Shown piece after piece: positions 7,928 to 16,493 of a stretch of DNA of 54,388 bases (its first letter is position 1; every line of letters starts with the position of its first letter). The translations under genes were made by a program, and so were the position numbers. Origin of the DNA: a virus; the IMG/VR virus record IMGVR_UViG_3300007352_000003, positions 1 through 54,388 of that record. One strand, written 5' to 3'. The notes beneath the pieces were generated by a model, which searched no databases, was not told the origin of the DNA, and was given only the letters and a program-made list of their open reading frames with translations.

Positions 7928-8569
7928 ATGTCTCGCCATTTTGCCTATTTGCGTTACGTCATTCGGCACAAGTGGTTTGTTTTGCTGGCGGCCGTGCAAG
8001 TCAAAGCCTCACTCTGGCGGGCCATTATTCACGACTGGAGCAAGTTCCGACCATCAGAATGGTTTGCCTACGCATCTACATTCTACGCACCGGACGGAAC
8101 GAAGCAGTACGTCGAAAACGAGGGATTCAACCGAGCATGGTTATTGCATCAACATCGAAATCCGCATCACTGGCAGTATTGGCTCTTGCGACAAGATAAC
8201 CCGGAAACAGAACGGTTCGTGTTGCAGGAATGGGGGCAGGTTGAAGGCGGTACCCGGTTGATGGACCTACAGACAAACAACGCCTGCCCGATTCCAGCAC
8301 TCGACCTTTTGAACGAACCCGACAATCCGGGTGCCTATGATTGCGTGCGAGTGTGTCGGCGGTTGGCGAACCAGCAAGCGTCTTTGCTGGTAATGCGGAT
8401 GCCTGAGCGATTTGCAAGAGAAATGGTTGCTGATTGGATGGGAGCGGGACGGGCGATAACCGGAAGATGGGAGGCGATATCATGGTACGAACGTAACAGA
8501 GACAAGATCGTTTTGCATGCAGAGACACGGAGGTTTGTTGAAGCATTGTTGATGGAGGCGGCGGGATAG
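7928..8569 (+). CDS. DUF5662-like protein
   Basis: YLRYVIRHKWFV...IIHDWSKFRPSEW...AWLLHQHRNPHHWQYW matches my recollection of the DUF5662 phage family. The GC content is lower than in the flanks. Confidence 0.5.
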   Translation: MSRHFAYLRYVIRHKWFVLLAAVQVKASLWRAIIHDWSKFRPSEWFAYASTFYAPDGTKQYVENEGFNRAWLLHQHRNPHHWQYWLLRQDNPETERFVLQEWGQVEGGTRLMDLQTNNACPIPALDLLNEPDNPGAYDCVRVCRRLANQQASLLVMRMPERFAREMVADWMGAGRAITGRWEAISWYERNRDKIVLHAETRRFVEALLMEAAG

Positions 8570-8627
8570 CCGCGTTTTAGGACATGCCCGTAAAGCATGA
8601 GGCCGAGCGGGCTCAGGAGGCACACAA
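8557..8627 (+). repeat. intergenic cassette copy B
   Basis: ggcggcgggatagccgcgttttagga is followed by gcccg...GAGCGGGCTCA (8605-8615) and an AGGAGG RBS. Confidence 0.85.
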
Positions 8628-8810
8628 ATGACCAATGACGAACAGTATTTGAGAGACGGTGGGTGGGAACAGGATGAACGCGGCTGGTGGTACCCACCGC
8701 ACTGTATGGCGTCTTTTCCGCATGATGACGCCATGCGGATGGCGAAAGAGGACGAGCGGCGGGGGCTTCGGATGTCGAGCGAGGAAGTTAAGGCGTATTA
8801 CTCGGAGTAG
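8628..8810 (+). CDS. hypothetical protein (60 aa)
   Basis: The ATG has AGGAGG upstream. The protein is Trp-rich and acidic. Confidence 0.5.
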   Translation: MTNDEQYLRDGGWEQDERGWWYPPHCMASFPHDDAMRMAKEDERRGLRMSSEEVKAYYSE

Positions 8811-8858
8811 GCTCGCCCGAGATGCAAAAGGGAGCGGGCTCAGGCGAAAGGATGAATC
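8811..8858 (+). repeat. intergenic cassette copy C (3-prime half only)
   Basis: gcccgagatgcaaaagGGAGCGGGCTCAgg is present, with GAGCGGGCTCA at 8832-8842. It lacks the GTTTTAGGA half. Confidence 0.75.
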
Positions 8859-9269
8859 ATGCGGCGAGAATTCACATTGACGGATGAACAGTATTATCGT
8901 TTGCTTGACGCACTGGACCCATTTCCGTGGATTATTCTTGGCGGGAAGGCTGCCATAGATCCGCAAGAGAAGGGAAAGTTAGTGTGGGAACAACTTGGCA
9001 GGGAAATGGGATTCGATCCGTACACCGCGAAGGCGGGCAAAAACCAGCGGACCTTTACTGCGGAGTTGCTGGAGCGAGAGTCGAAGACACGACGAATGGG
9101 GTGCCCTCAGTGTCATGCCGCGATGTACCGGCTGAGTGGTGTTGAAATCCGGATGTGCCCCCAGTGTGGCATCCTGGTTGATCAGCGGTTCGATCCGCCA
9201 GACATCTACACCCCCGACCTGATTCCCTGGATTCGGCCGCTTGCGGAAAAGGCGGAGTCGGAACCATGA
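8859..9269 (+). CDS. zinc-ribbon protein, function unknown
   Basis: CPQC ... CPQC pair in the C-terminal half. ATGA overlap with the downstream ORF. Confidence 0.55.
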   Translation: MRREFTLTDEQYYRLLDALDPFPWIILGGKAAIDPQEKGKLVWEQLGREMGFDPYTAKAGKNQRTFTAELLERESKTRRMGCPQCHAAMYRLSGVEIRMCPQCGILVDQRFDPPDIYTPDLIPWIRPLAEKAESEP

Positions 9270-9337
9270 CGGACGGACAGACAGAACTTCACGAACAGGT
9301 TTACGAACAGAATCACACTAGAAAGGAGACGAAACGA

Positions 9338-10060
9338 ATGTTTGTATTCGACATTGAGACCGGCCCGCTACCGGAGGAAGAGCTTCGCCAGCGGGTGACC
9401 TTCCAGGAACCGGAGCCGCCGGGGGCCTTTGACGAAAGGTCGGTAAAGTGCGGGAATCTCGGGCCCGTGAAGGCCGCGATGAAAATCGCCGAGGCCCGCG
9501 CGGAGCATGAAGCCCGCGTGGCCGACTGGCCGAACGTGGTCGCGTGGCAGAAGGCGGAATGGTGGGCGAAGGTGCTGGACAAGGCGGCCTTGTCGCCTCT
9601 CACGGGCCGCATTCTGGCGATCGGGTATCGGGATGAAGAAGAGAGTGATCTGGATCTGAGCGGCGAGCGCATGCTGATCGAAAACTTTTGGCATCGCTAC
9701 CAGGTGGCTCTAGACCTCAGCAAAATCATGATCGGCCACAACATCTTCGGCTTCGACATGCCGTTCATTGTTCGCCGATCGTGGTTGCTGGGCGTCTATG
9801 TGCCTTCTCGCGTATTCGATCGCGGATACATTGAGCAGCGCACCTTCATTGACACGATGCGTGTCTGGGGCGCCGGCACGCGGGAAATGATCAGCCTGAA
9901 TGACTTGGCCCGCGCCCTGGGCGTCGGCGGCAAGCCGGAGGGCGTCGACGGCAGCATGTTCGCCTCGCTTTTGGAAACCGACATCGAGGCCGCCAAGGCT
10001 TACCTTCAGAACGACCTCGATATGACCTGGGCTGTGGCCGAAAGGCTGGGGGTGTGCTGA
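9338..10060 (+). CDS. DnaQ-like 3-prime-5-prime exonuclease (PolB-exonuclease-related)
   Basis: Exo I FVFDIETGP, Exo II IGHNIFGFDMPFI, Exo III YLQNDLD. The ATG at 9338 has AAGGAG 9 nt upstream. An in-frame ATG at 9266 is an alternative start. Confidence 0.7.
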   Translation: MFVFDIETGPLPEEELRQRVTFQEPEPPGAFDERSVKCGNLGPVKAAMKIAEARAEHEARVADWPNVVAWQKAEWWAKVLDKAALSPLTGRILAIGYRDEEESDLDLSGERMLIENFWHRYQVALDLSKIMIGHNIFGFDMPFIVRRSWLLGVYVPSRVFDRGYIEQRTFIDTMRVWGAGTREMISLNDLARALGVGGKPEGVDGSMFASLLETDIEAAKAYLQNDLDMTWAVAERLGVC

Positions 10061-11508
10061 TGGGGAAAGCACAGAAACCGATTGAATTGCCTTCAGGCCG
10101 TTTGTGGCCGAATACTCCGAGTGGGGCGCCGTTGGCCATTGAGGTCTTCGGAGCGACCGGCGAATACATGTCGGGCAAGACGCTGCTTGGCCTGTCGATC
10201 GCGCCGGGGTCGCATCCCGAGGGCCATCCCTTCGCGGGCAAGCCGCGGACGCTCTTGCTCGACTTTGAAAAGAGCGCAGGCACCTACGGCGGCACGGGAT
10301 GCTGCCGGATTGACGTACCCGCGAAGATGCAGGAGGCGTTCGGTCAGAAGCAGTACCAGCCGATCGACGTGTTCAACTGGTTTGTCGATTTGGTGGGGAA
10401 GGTTCAGCCCGGCCAGTTCGACGTGGTCATGGCCGATCCGATTACAGACATCGAGTCGGGGCAAGTGGATTTTATCCGGCGAAACGCCAAGAGCTACGGC
10501 CTGAGCGCCGGGCAGGTTGAGAAGGGCGGCGGGCTTCTCTGGGGCGCTGTGAAAGACGACTGGAAGGCCCGGCTTCTGAAGATCGGCGCAAAGTGCCAGA
10601 CCTTCTTTTTCACCAGCCACTTGCGGCAGGTCTGGCAAGGTGGTTCGCCGGTGATCGGCAAGAAAGAGCCCAAAGGGAAAGAGACGCTGATGGAATTGGC
10701 GTCTCTCTATCTCTGGCTGGAACGGCGGGCCGGCAAAGAGGGCAACGTACCAGACCGGCCATCGGCCATTGTGCTCAAGCAGCGGCTGGCCGACACATTG
10801 ATCAACGCGGCCGGCGAGTTGGAAATCCGCGAGCTAATGCCGGCCTATCTCTCAGTGGCGACGGTGCAGGTGATTCGCGCCTATATCGCCAACCCGCCCG
10901 ACCCCAAACACCCCAAGCCTTACGAACGTGTACCGGTCGAGGAATTTTCGGCGGAAGAGGCCGCCCGGCTGGCCTTGGCCACGGCGGAAAGCGAAAAAGA
11001 GGTCGTCCAGGGCAAACTTGCCCTCTTGGCCCGCCAGCAGGAACTGCGCGAGTTGGCCCGGCAAGAGGCTGCGGAAAAACCCCAACCGCCCGACCAGACC
11101 GGCAAGATGAAGGCGGACAAGGCCGCGGCCGAAGACGCCGAAGCCACCCGGGCCAAAGTGGAGGCGGATGCGGCCCTAGCGGCGCAGACGGCGGAGGGCG
11201 AGCGATTGATGGCCGACAACGATGGCCTGAATAAGCCGCCCGCCCGCGAGCGACCTTCAGAAGGCCAGATTGCCAGAGTCGCCGAACTCGGAAAGCTGCT
11301 CAATCTCTCGAAAGAAGCCTTCCGCGAGCAGTTTCTCTCAAAGGCGCACGTCGTCAAAACGTCTGACCTCAATCGGGGGCAATGCGAATTACTGATTATG
11401 GCCCTTGAGCGGGAGTTGGACCGGCGAAAAAAACTGATTATGGCCCTTGAGCGGGAGTTGGACCGGCGAAAAAACTCGCCGGCTGGCCCTGGCAGTTCCA
11501 CGCCTTAG
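10060..11508 (+). CDS. RecA-fold P-loop ATPase (Sak4/AAA_24-like) with coiled-coil C-terminus
   Basis: Walker A GEYMSGKT, LLLDFEKSAG, and Walker B-like FDVVMADP. The C-terminal third is E/A/K-rich. TGATG overlap with the exonuclease gene. Confidence 0.6.
   Translation: MGKAQKPIELPSGRLWPNTPSGAPLAIEVFGATGEYMSGKTLLGLSIAPGSHPEGHPFAGKPRTLLLDFEKSAGTYGGTGCCRIDVPAKMQEAFGQKQYQPIDVFNWFVDLVGKVQPGQFDVVMADPITDIESGQVDFIRRNAKSYGLSAGQVEKGGGLLWGAVKDDWKARLLKIGAKCQTFFFTSHLRQVWQGGSPVIGKKEPKGKETLMELASLYLWLERRAGKEGNVPDRPSAIVLKQRLADTLINAAGELEIRELMPAYLSVATVQVIRAYIANPPDPKHPKPYERVPVEEFSAEEAARLALATAESEKEVVQGKLALLARQQELRELARQEAAEKPQPPDQTGKMKADKAAAEDAEATRAKVEADAALAAQTAEGERLMADNDGLNKPPARERPSEGQIARVAELGKLLNLSKEAFREQFLSKAHVVKTSDLNRGQCELLIMALERELDRRKKLIMALERELDRRKNSPAGPGSSTP
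11392..11475 (+). repeat. tandem in-frame duplication, 2 x 42 bp (41/42 identical)
   Basis: ctgattatggcccttgagcgggagttggaccggcgaaaaaaa occurs twice, encoding LIMALERELDRRKK / LIMALERELDRRKN. Confidence 0.95.
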
Positions 11509-11643
11509 TAGAGCGATTCGGGGCCGATCAGGTTTACGACATCGGGTTGGATGTGCTCGGCTTCCCTCCCGATTGGGCCTTTCCCAGCCGAGCGCAAATT
11601 GATCGCGTCGAACAAGCACTTTTGACATTAGGAGAGACGGACC

Positions 11644-12186
11644 ATGCCAGTAGAAATTCCAGTTGACAGTTTCGATCCGGAGAATCTGCAAGGGTACGAC
11701 AATCCGGCGCCGGGCAAGTACCACCTGGAAGTGACGCGGGTGAATGAAGAAGGCACGTCGAAGAAGTCCGGCACGCCGCAAATGGAAGTTGACTTTGAAA
11801 TCCTGTCGGGGACCCCGGCTGGTCAGGAGGGTAAAACCACACGTGAGTATTTCACCTTCAGCGACAAGGCGTTCAAGCGGGCACTCATCTTCGCCTGCGC
11901 GGTTGGGCTCACGAACAAGGAGGAGCTGACCGCCCTCAAGAAGGCCGGCAAGAACCCGCGCATCGACTTCACGGCCGCCGAGGGGCGGCAGTTGTGCGCG
12001 GAACTCGTCCTCGATTCCAGCCCGGAGGCCAAAGGCCGCGCGAAGATTGAGTGGAATATGTGGCCCGTCGCCGCCCCCGAGGCCAAGGACATCCCCAAGA
12101 ACCAGGGGAAGCTCAACGAGTTGGGGCAGCCTGTGAACGAAGCGCCGTTCGACGGCGGCGCTGCTACGGACGATCCGTTTGCGTGA
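11644..12186 (+). CDS. single-stranded DNA-binding protein candidate (DUF669-like)
   Basis: The gene follows the Sak4-like ATPase, as in known Sak4 plus DUF669 pairs. It has the PGKYHLEVTRV...GTPQMEVDFEI pattern and an acidic SSB-like tail ending DDPFA. AGGAGA RBS. Confidence 0.5.
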   Translation: MPVEIPVDSFDPENLQGYDNPAPGKYHLEVTRVNEEGTSKKSGTPQMEVDFEILSGTPAGQEGKTTREYFTFSDKAFKRALIFACAVGLTNKEELTALKKAGKNPRIDFTAAEGRQLCAELVLDSSPEAKGRAKIEWNMWPVAAPEAKDIPKNQGKLNELGQPVNEAPFDGGAATDDPFA

Positions 12187-12205
12187 ATACCAAGAGCGGC
12201 CGTGT

Positions 12206-12231
12206 GGCCAGTTCGACTCTGGCCGGGGGCG
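12206..12231 (+). other. tRNA T-arm-like hairpin 1 (GGCCAG-TTCGACT-CTGGCC) plus G-rich tail
   Basis: A perfect 6-bp stem with a 7-nt TTCGACT loop begins 20 nt after the SSB stop. No complementary 5-prime acceptor strand was found upstream. Confidence 0.5.
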
Positions 12232-12364
12232 CTTTGATCCGAGGGTGGATGAGGTGTTTAGTTCCACACGGCCCTCCTACGTACACGGAGAGCCGCTCAC
12301 CAAGAGGAAGTCGCCCAACACACGACGGCGCAACGTGTGATAAGCGAGGACTGGCTGAGCGCTG

Positions 12365-12390
12365 GCGGGTTCGAGTCCCGACCCGGATCA
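12365..12390 (+). other. tRNA T-arm-like element 2 (CGGG-TTCGAGT-CCCG) with acceptor-like 3-prime strand
   Basis: It carries the GGGTTCGAGTCCC motif. The 3-prime cggatca (12384-12390) pairs perfectly with tgatccg (12235-12241), closing a 156-nt element. No standard cloverleaf could be built. Confidence 0.45.
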
Positions 12391-12479
12391 CTTGCCACAA
12401 CCAGGAACTTTATGGTGCCCTTAACCCTCAATGCCGCGCCAGCTGGTCCTGATGAAAACGACGAGCCAGTCTGTGTGGA

Positions 12480-13193
12480 GTGTGCCTGATGCCCCCGATC
12501 ACCTGCTACCGTTGCGGCGAGCCGATGAGCCCGCGTGGAGAATGCGGGTGCAAGGATGGGCTGTGTTTGGTGTGGGGCGATTGCCGCGAGGTGCTTCCGT
12601 TGCTGGAGCCGAGGTGCGTGGATCTGGTGTTCACCGATCCGCCGTATGGAATCAATCACGCGCATCACTCGCTTACGGAGAGACGGTTGATTCGCCCCAT
12701 AGTTGGTGATCATAACGGGGAAGTTGGCTGTCACGTTTTAGCGTGGGCCGCCAAACACCAAATTCCGACGGCTTGTTTTGCTTCACCCAAGCGGCCGTGG
12801 CCGGGCAAATGGCGCAATTATCTAGTTTGGGATAAAGGTCCTGCAGTTGGTGGGGGTGGCGATAGTAAGACGTGTTGGAAGCAGACGTGGGAATTGATTC
12901 TTGTGGCGCGAAATCGCCCCCTGAATGGTCCACGAGACCCGGCTGTATGCACCTATTGGGCGACCCCGATGGATAGCCTTAGTCATCCATCAGCAAAGCC
13001 AGTTGCACTGATCCAGTATCTCATCCAGAAGTTGTCGGCGGCAAATAATTTGCTTCTCGACCCCTTCCTCGGGTCTGGCACCACCCTGCGCGCCTGCAAA
13101 GACCTCGGCCGGCGGGGAATCGGAATCGAAATCGAGGAGAAATACTGCGAGATAGCGGCAAGGCGACTTGAGCAAGAGGTGTTGTTTACATGA
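12480..13193 (+). CDS. DNA methyltransferase, beta-class, DPPY type (probably N6-adenine), with N-terminal Cys cluster
   Basis: Motif IV DLVFTDPPYGI lies N-terminal to motif I LLLDPFLGSGTT. The N-terminus reads CYRCGEPMSPRGECGC. Alternative ATG at 12489. No restriction partner is present. Confidence 0.9.
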   Translation: MCLMPPITCYRCGEPMSPRGECGCKDGLCLVWGDCREVLPLLEPRCVDLVFTDPPYGINHAHHSLTERRLIRPIVGDHNGEVGCHVLAWAAKHQIPTACFASPKRPWPGKWRNYLVWDKGPAVGGGGDSKTCWKQTWELILVARNRPLNGPRDPAVCTYWATPMDSLSHPSAKPVALIQYLIQKLSAANNLLLDPFLGSGTTLRACKDLGRRGIGIEIEEKYCEIAARRLEQEVLFT

Positions 13194-15553
13194 ACCAAAA
13201 GCCCCACGATGAACTGATCGGCGAATTCGACCTCGAGCGAATCGCCTTCCAGGAAGATGACCCGGACAACCGCACCATAATCGGTGAACTCCGGGACCGG
13301 ACCACCATCAAAGGCAAGGCCGGTCGCAACGAACTCAGTCCCGGCATCACCTATAAATTCTGGGGCAACTGGACCACGCACCCCCGCTACGGCAAACAAT
13401 TTCATTTCTCGTCTTTCTGCATCACGCGGCCGGTGAGTGAGGAGGGATTGCGGCGCTACCTCGCACAATGCCGGGGAATCGGCCTGGCCCGGGCCCGCGA
13501 CCTGATCAAAGTCTTTGGGCAGGAGGTGTGCGACGTTCTTCGCCAACGGCCCCAGGACGCGGCCGATCAGGTCAAAGGCTTGTCGGTCGACGTCGCCCGC
13601 GCGGCCGGTGAGATGCTGGCTGCGGACGCCCTACAGGAGGATGTCATCGCCGAACTGATGGGCATTCTGGCCGGGCATGGATTCAGAAAATCGCTGCCGA
13701 AGATGTTGGTTGGGGCGTGGGGCCTCGGTGCGCCGGGGAAGGTTCGAGCGGAGCCCTATTCTCTGCTCGCCTTCCCCGGCGTGGGGTTTCTCTTGGCCGA
13801 TCGGCTGTACCTGGAGTTGGGCCTGGACCCGGCGGCGGTGATCCGGCAAGGTATGTGCCTCTGGTGCGCGATTCACTCGGACAATGAAGGGCACGTCTGG
13901 TTCCCGCTCTCGGTGGCGGAAGCGTATCTTCGTAAGTCCATCGCGGTTCAGACCAACCCAGAGGCCGCGCTGGACTGGGCCGTTGAAAATGGCCGGCTGG
14001 TCTCGCGTGTGCAAGACGGCCGGGTGTGGGTTGCCGACGCACGGCTAGCGGCCCATGAAGCGAACATTGTGAGCCGGCTGGCGGCCGCGGAGCGGGAGAC
14101 GCCGCACTGGCCGATGATCGAAGGGACGGAAGAAGACGGACGGCCGACGTGCCATCAAGGCGAGCAGTTACAAGTTGCGACCCAGGGAAAGATCGGTGTG
14201 CTAGCCGGAGGGCCAGGAACGGGCAAGACGTTTTCAACCGGTGCCCTGATTCGGGCTTGTGGCATGTCGCCCGACAAGACATTGGTTTGCGCGCCGACGG
14301 GCAAGGCCGCGGTTCGCATCACTGAGTCACTCGCGGCCCAGGGGGTTGAGATTACGGCCCGGACGATTCACTCCAGCCTCGGCGCCATGACCGGCGACAA
14401 TGGCTGGGGATTCACCTTCAACGCCGCGAATCCACTTCCTCACGACTGGATTGTGGTTGATGAGGCCAGCATGATTGATGTGCCGTTGCTATCGGCCCTG
14501 CTGGACGCCCGGGGTGACGCCCATATTCTGTTTGTTGGTGACCCTGACCAGCTTTCCCCGGTCGGGCCGGGCGCGCCCTTGAGGGATCTGATTGCCGCCG
14601 GCGTGCCGTGCGGCCGGCTGACTGAGACTCGCCGCAACGCGGGGCAGATTGTCGAATCATGCAAGTCGATCAGGGACCACCAGAAGATGCAGTGGTCCGC
14701 GGGGCTGAACCTGGAGACCGGCCACAACCTGATCCACGTTGAACTCGACACGCCCAGCGAACAGATTGAGGAGGTCTTTCGGAGTCTCAGCCTGCTTGGC
14801 GGGCTGGACCCCGTGTGGGATTGTCAGATTTTGGCGGCGGTGAACGAGAAGTCGCTGCTCGGTCGCGTGCCTCTGAATAAACTGCTTCAGGGGCGCCTCA
14901 ACCCCACAGGCGAACAGGTGGCGGGTAACGAGTTCCGCGTCGGCGACAAAATCATTTGCACGCGCAACGGCGACGTGCCTCTATTGGAAGAGGCGGGCCG
15001 GCGCGCCGACCAGGACGCCAAGACCCGCGTGGCAAACGGCGAACTGGCCCGCGTCGTGAAGGTCACCTCGACCTACACAGAGGCCGTTGTCTTCGCCCCG
15101 GAACGTCGCATCCGCATCCCCAAAGGCCGCTCCGAAGAGGACGGCGACACGGGCTGCAACTGGGAACTGGGGTATGTGATCAGCACACACAAGAGCCAGG
15201 GATCGGAGTGGCCGGTCGTGCTGATCCTGATCGACAGCTATCCGGGCGCGGTGAGGCTGTGCGACAAGCATTGGTTGTACACGGCGATTTCGCGGCCACG
15301 GCTGTACGGGGTCACGATCGGCAAGCGGTCGATTGCAGAAGGCATGGTTCGGAAGAGTCACATGTGGAAGCGGAAAACGTTCCTCCGGGAGGACTTGGAG
15401 GAACTGAGGCTATCGGATTGTGTGTTTCACTGGGAAAGGGGTCTTAAGGAGATTTCTGATGGGTCGAAAGAGAATGAGTGCCGAGAAGCCGCCGAAGCGG
15501 AAGAAAGTCACCGTCGAACTGCTGGAGCGGAAGCACGCCGGCAAGGTGACTGA
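13190..15553 (+). CDS. RecD-like SF1 DNA helicase
   Basis: Walker A GVLAGGPGTGKTF, Walker B WIVVDEASMIDV, ILFVGDPDQLSPVGPG, LTETRRN, YVISTHKSQGSEWPVV. Confidence 0.9.
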   Translation: MNQKPHDELIGEFDLERIAFQEDDPDNRTIIGELRDRTTIKGKAGRNELSPGITYKFWGNWTTHPRYGKQFHFSSFCITRPVSEEGLRRYLAQCRGIGLARARDLIKVFGQEVCDVLRQRPQDAADQVKGLSVDVARAAGEMLAADALQEDVIAELMGILAGHGFRKSLPKMLVGAWGLGAPGKVRAEPYSLLAFPGVGFLLADRLYLELGLDPAAVIRQGMCLWCAIHSDNEGHVWFPLSVAEAYLRKSIAVQTNPEAALDWAVENGRLVSRVQDGRVWVADARLAAHEANIVSRLAAAERETPHWPMIEGTEEDGRPTCHQGEQLQVATQGKIGVLAGGPGTGKTFSTGALIRACGMSPDKTLVCAPTGKAAVRITESLAAQGVEITARTIHSSLGAMTGDNGWGFTFNAANPLPHDWIVVDEASMIDVPLLSALLDARGDAHILFVGDPDQLSPVGPGAPLRDLIAAGVPCGRLTETRRNAGQIVESCKSIRDHQKMQWSAGLNLETGHNLIHVELDTPSEQIEEVFRSLSLLGGLDPVWDCQILAAVNEKSLLGRVPLNKLLQGRLNPTGEQVAGNEFRVGDKIICTRNGDVPLLEEAGRRADQDAKTRVANGELARVVKVTSTYTEAVVFAPERRIRIPKGRSEEDGDTGCNWELGYVISTHKSQGSEWPVVLILIDSYPGAVRLCDKHWLYTAISRPRLYGVTIGKRSIAEGMVRKSHMWKRKTFLREDLEELRLSDCVFHWERGLKEISDGSKENECREAAEAEESHRRTAGAEARRQGD

Positions 15554-16010
15554 AGCGTATCGGATCATGGAGGAATTGGTCGAAAAGCACCATTCCCAAA
15601 TCAAGGACGCCAAGCTAGCAATTGCCTGGCGGTTCGGATGGGGAGCCGATCCGGACGGCCACCTTCGGTTGGCCGATTGCAAAAAGGGTTCCGATCTGGA
15701 CAGATCGATGCACGGTTACGACTTCGTGTTCTTGGTCAACCATGAAGCGTGGAACCAGGGCCGGCTCGACGAACAGCAGAAACGGTTGTTGATCGACCAT
15801 CAGCTTTGCCATGCCGCGGTCTGCATGGATTCCAACGGCGAGCCGAAGCAGGACGAGAAGGGCCGGCAGGTGTTTCGTAAGCGAAAACACGACGTCGAAG
15901 AGTTCACCGAGGTCATGAGTCGCTACGGCACCGACATTAACCGCCTGGCCAAGCTGGCGGAAGCGGGGATCAACGACTCCAAGCGGCCGTTGCTGGCGGG
16001 GCAGGAGTGA
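15459..16010 (+). CDS. hypothetical protein with H-x-x-x-H motif (phage putative-metallopeptidase-like)
   Basis: The ATG at 15459 has AAGGAG 8 nt upstream. LLIDHQLCHAAV resembles the HExxH-like core of a phage family, but with Q in place of E. Confidence 0.4.
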   Translation: MGRKRMSAEKPPKRKKVTVELLERKHAGKVTEAYRIMEELVEKHHSQIKDAKLAIAWRFGWGADPDGHLRLADCKKGSDLDRSMHGYDFVFLVNHEAWNQGRLDEQQKRLLIDHQLCHAAVCMDSNGEPKQDEKGRQVFRKRKHDVEEFTEVMSRYGTDINRLAKLAEAGINDSKRPLLAGQE

Positions 16011-16237
16011 TGCGGCGTTATTCGACTTCACGCACAATTATGGCCGGTTGTTTCGTCTGCAACGGCTCTGACGCGATTTGGCACGGTCCCAACGCGCAGG
16101 CCGTAGCAGCGAGACACCATGACGCCACCGGCCATGCAACTTGGGCCGATGTGGCGATGACCGTGTACTACGGTGAGGCGGATTCGTCAGAGGGCTACCG
16201 AGGTCAGAAGGCGGATGAAAGGCGTGAGGTGAAATGA
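16007..16237 (+). CDS. hypothetical protein (76 aa)
   Basis: GTGATG overlap with the previous gene. Contains CFVCNGS and His-rich residues. Confidence 0.45.
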   Translation: MMRRYSTSRTIMAGCFVCNGSDAIWHGPNAQAVAARHHDATGHATWADVAMTVYYGEADSSEGYRGQKADERREVK

Positions 16238-16288
16238 ACGAGCCGCTGACCTGTATCGACTGCGGGGAGGAACTGGAGGAGGGACCGG

Positions 16289-16465
16289 ATGAAGACTGAG
16301 GACGCGCAAACGTTGGCCAAAGCCCTAGTGCAGGAAATCATGGGCAACGCAGAGCGGCTACGGATCTACACCAAGTGGGATGATCAACGGGACTGCGGCG
16401 GCTGGCGGCGCGATTGTCTAACCGAACGCCTCACCAAATTCTTGGAAAAACACCATGCCGAATGA
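16289..16465 (+). CDS. hypothetical protein (58 aa, below the track cut-off)
   Basis: Read manually: MKTEDAQTLAKALVQEIMGNAERLRIYTKWDDQRDCGGWRRDCLTERLTKFLEKHHAE. It fills an otherwise empty gap. A 21-codon ORF (16234-16299) bridges it to the previous gene. Confidence 0.35.
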   Translation: MKTEDAQTLAKALVQEIMGNAERLRIYTKWDDQRDCGGWRRDCLTERLTKFLEKHHAE

Positions 16466-16493
16466 TGAAGACGGCCCCTGGGGGCTTTGATTG

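Noticed and set aside
11392-11475. CRISPR-like array. The tandem repeats here, at 31768-31821 and at 27602-27619 were all checked.
   Set aside because: The repeats are adjacent without spacers, have only two copies, and two of them are in-frame inside genes. No cas genes are present.
12187-12479. A standard or permuted tmRNA, or two intact tRNA genes, in the SSB-MTase gap.
   Set aside because: For T-arm 1 the acceptor complement GCCCCCG is not upstream; the only copy lies inside the methyltransferase start and looks coincidental. For T-arm 2 the closing stem encloses 156 nt, which is too long for a tRNA and too short for a tmRNA, and I found no tag ORF or resume codon. The region is kept only as an unresolved tRNA-like element.
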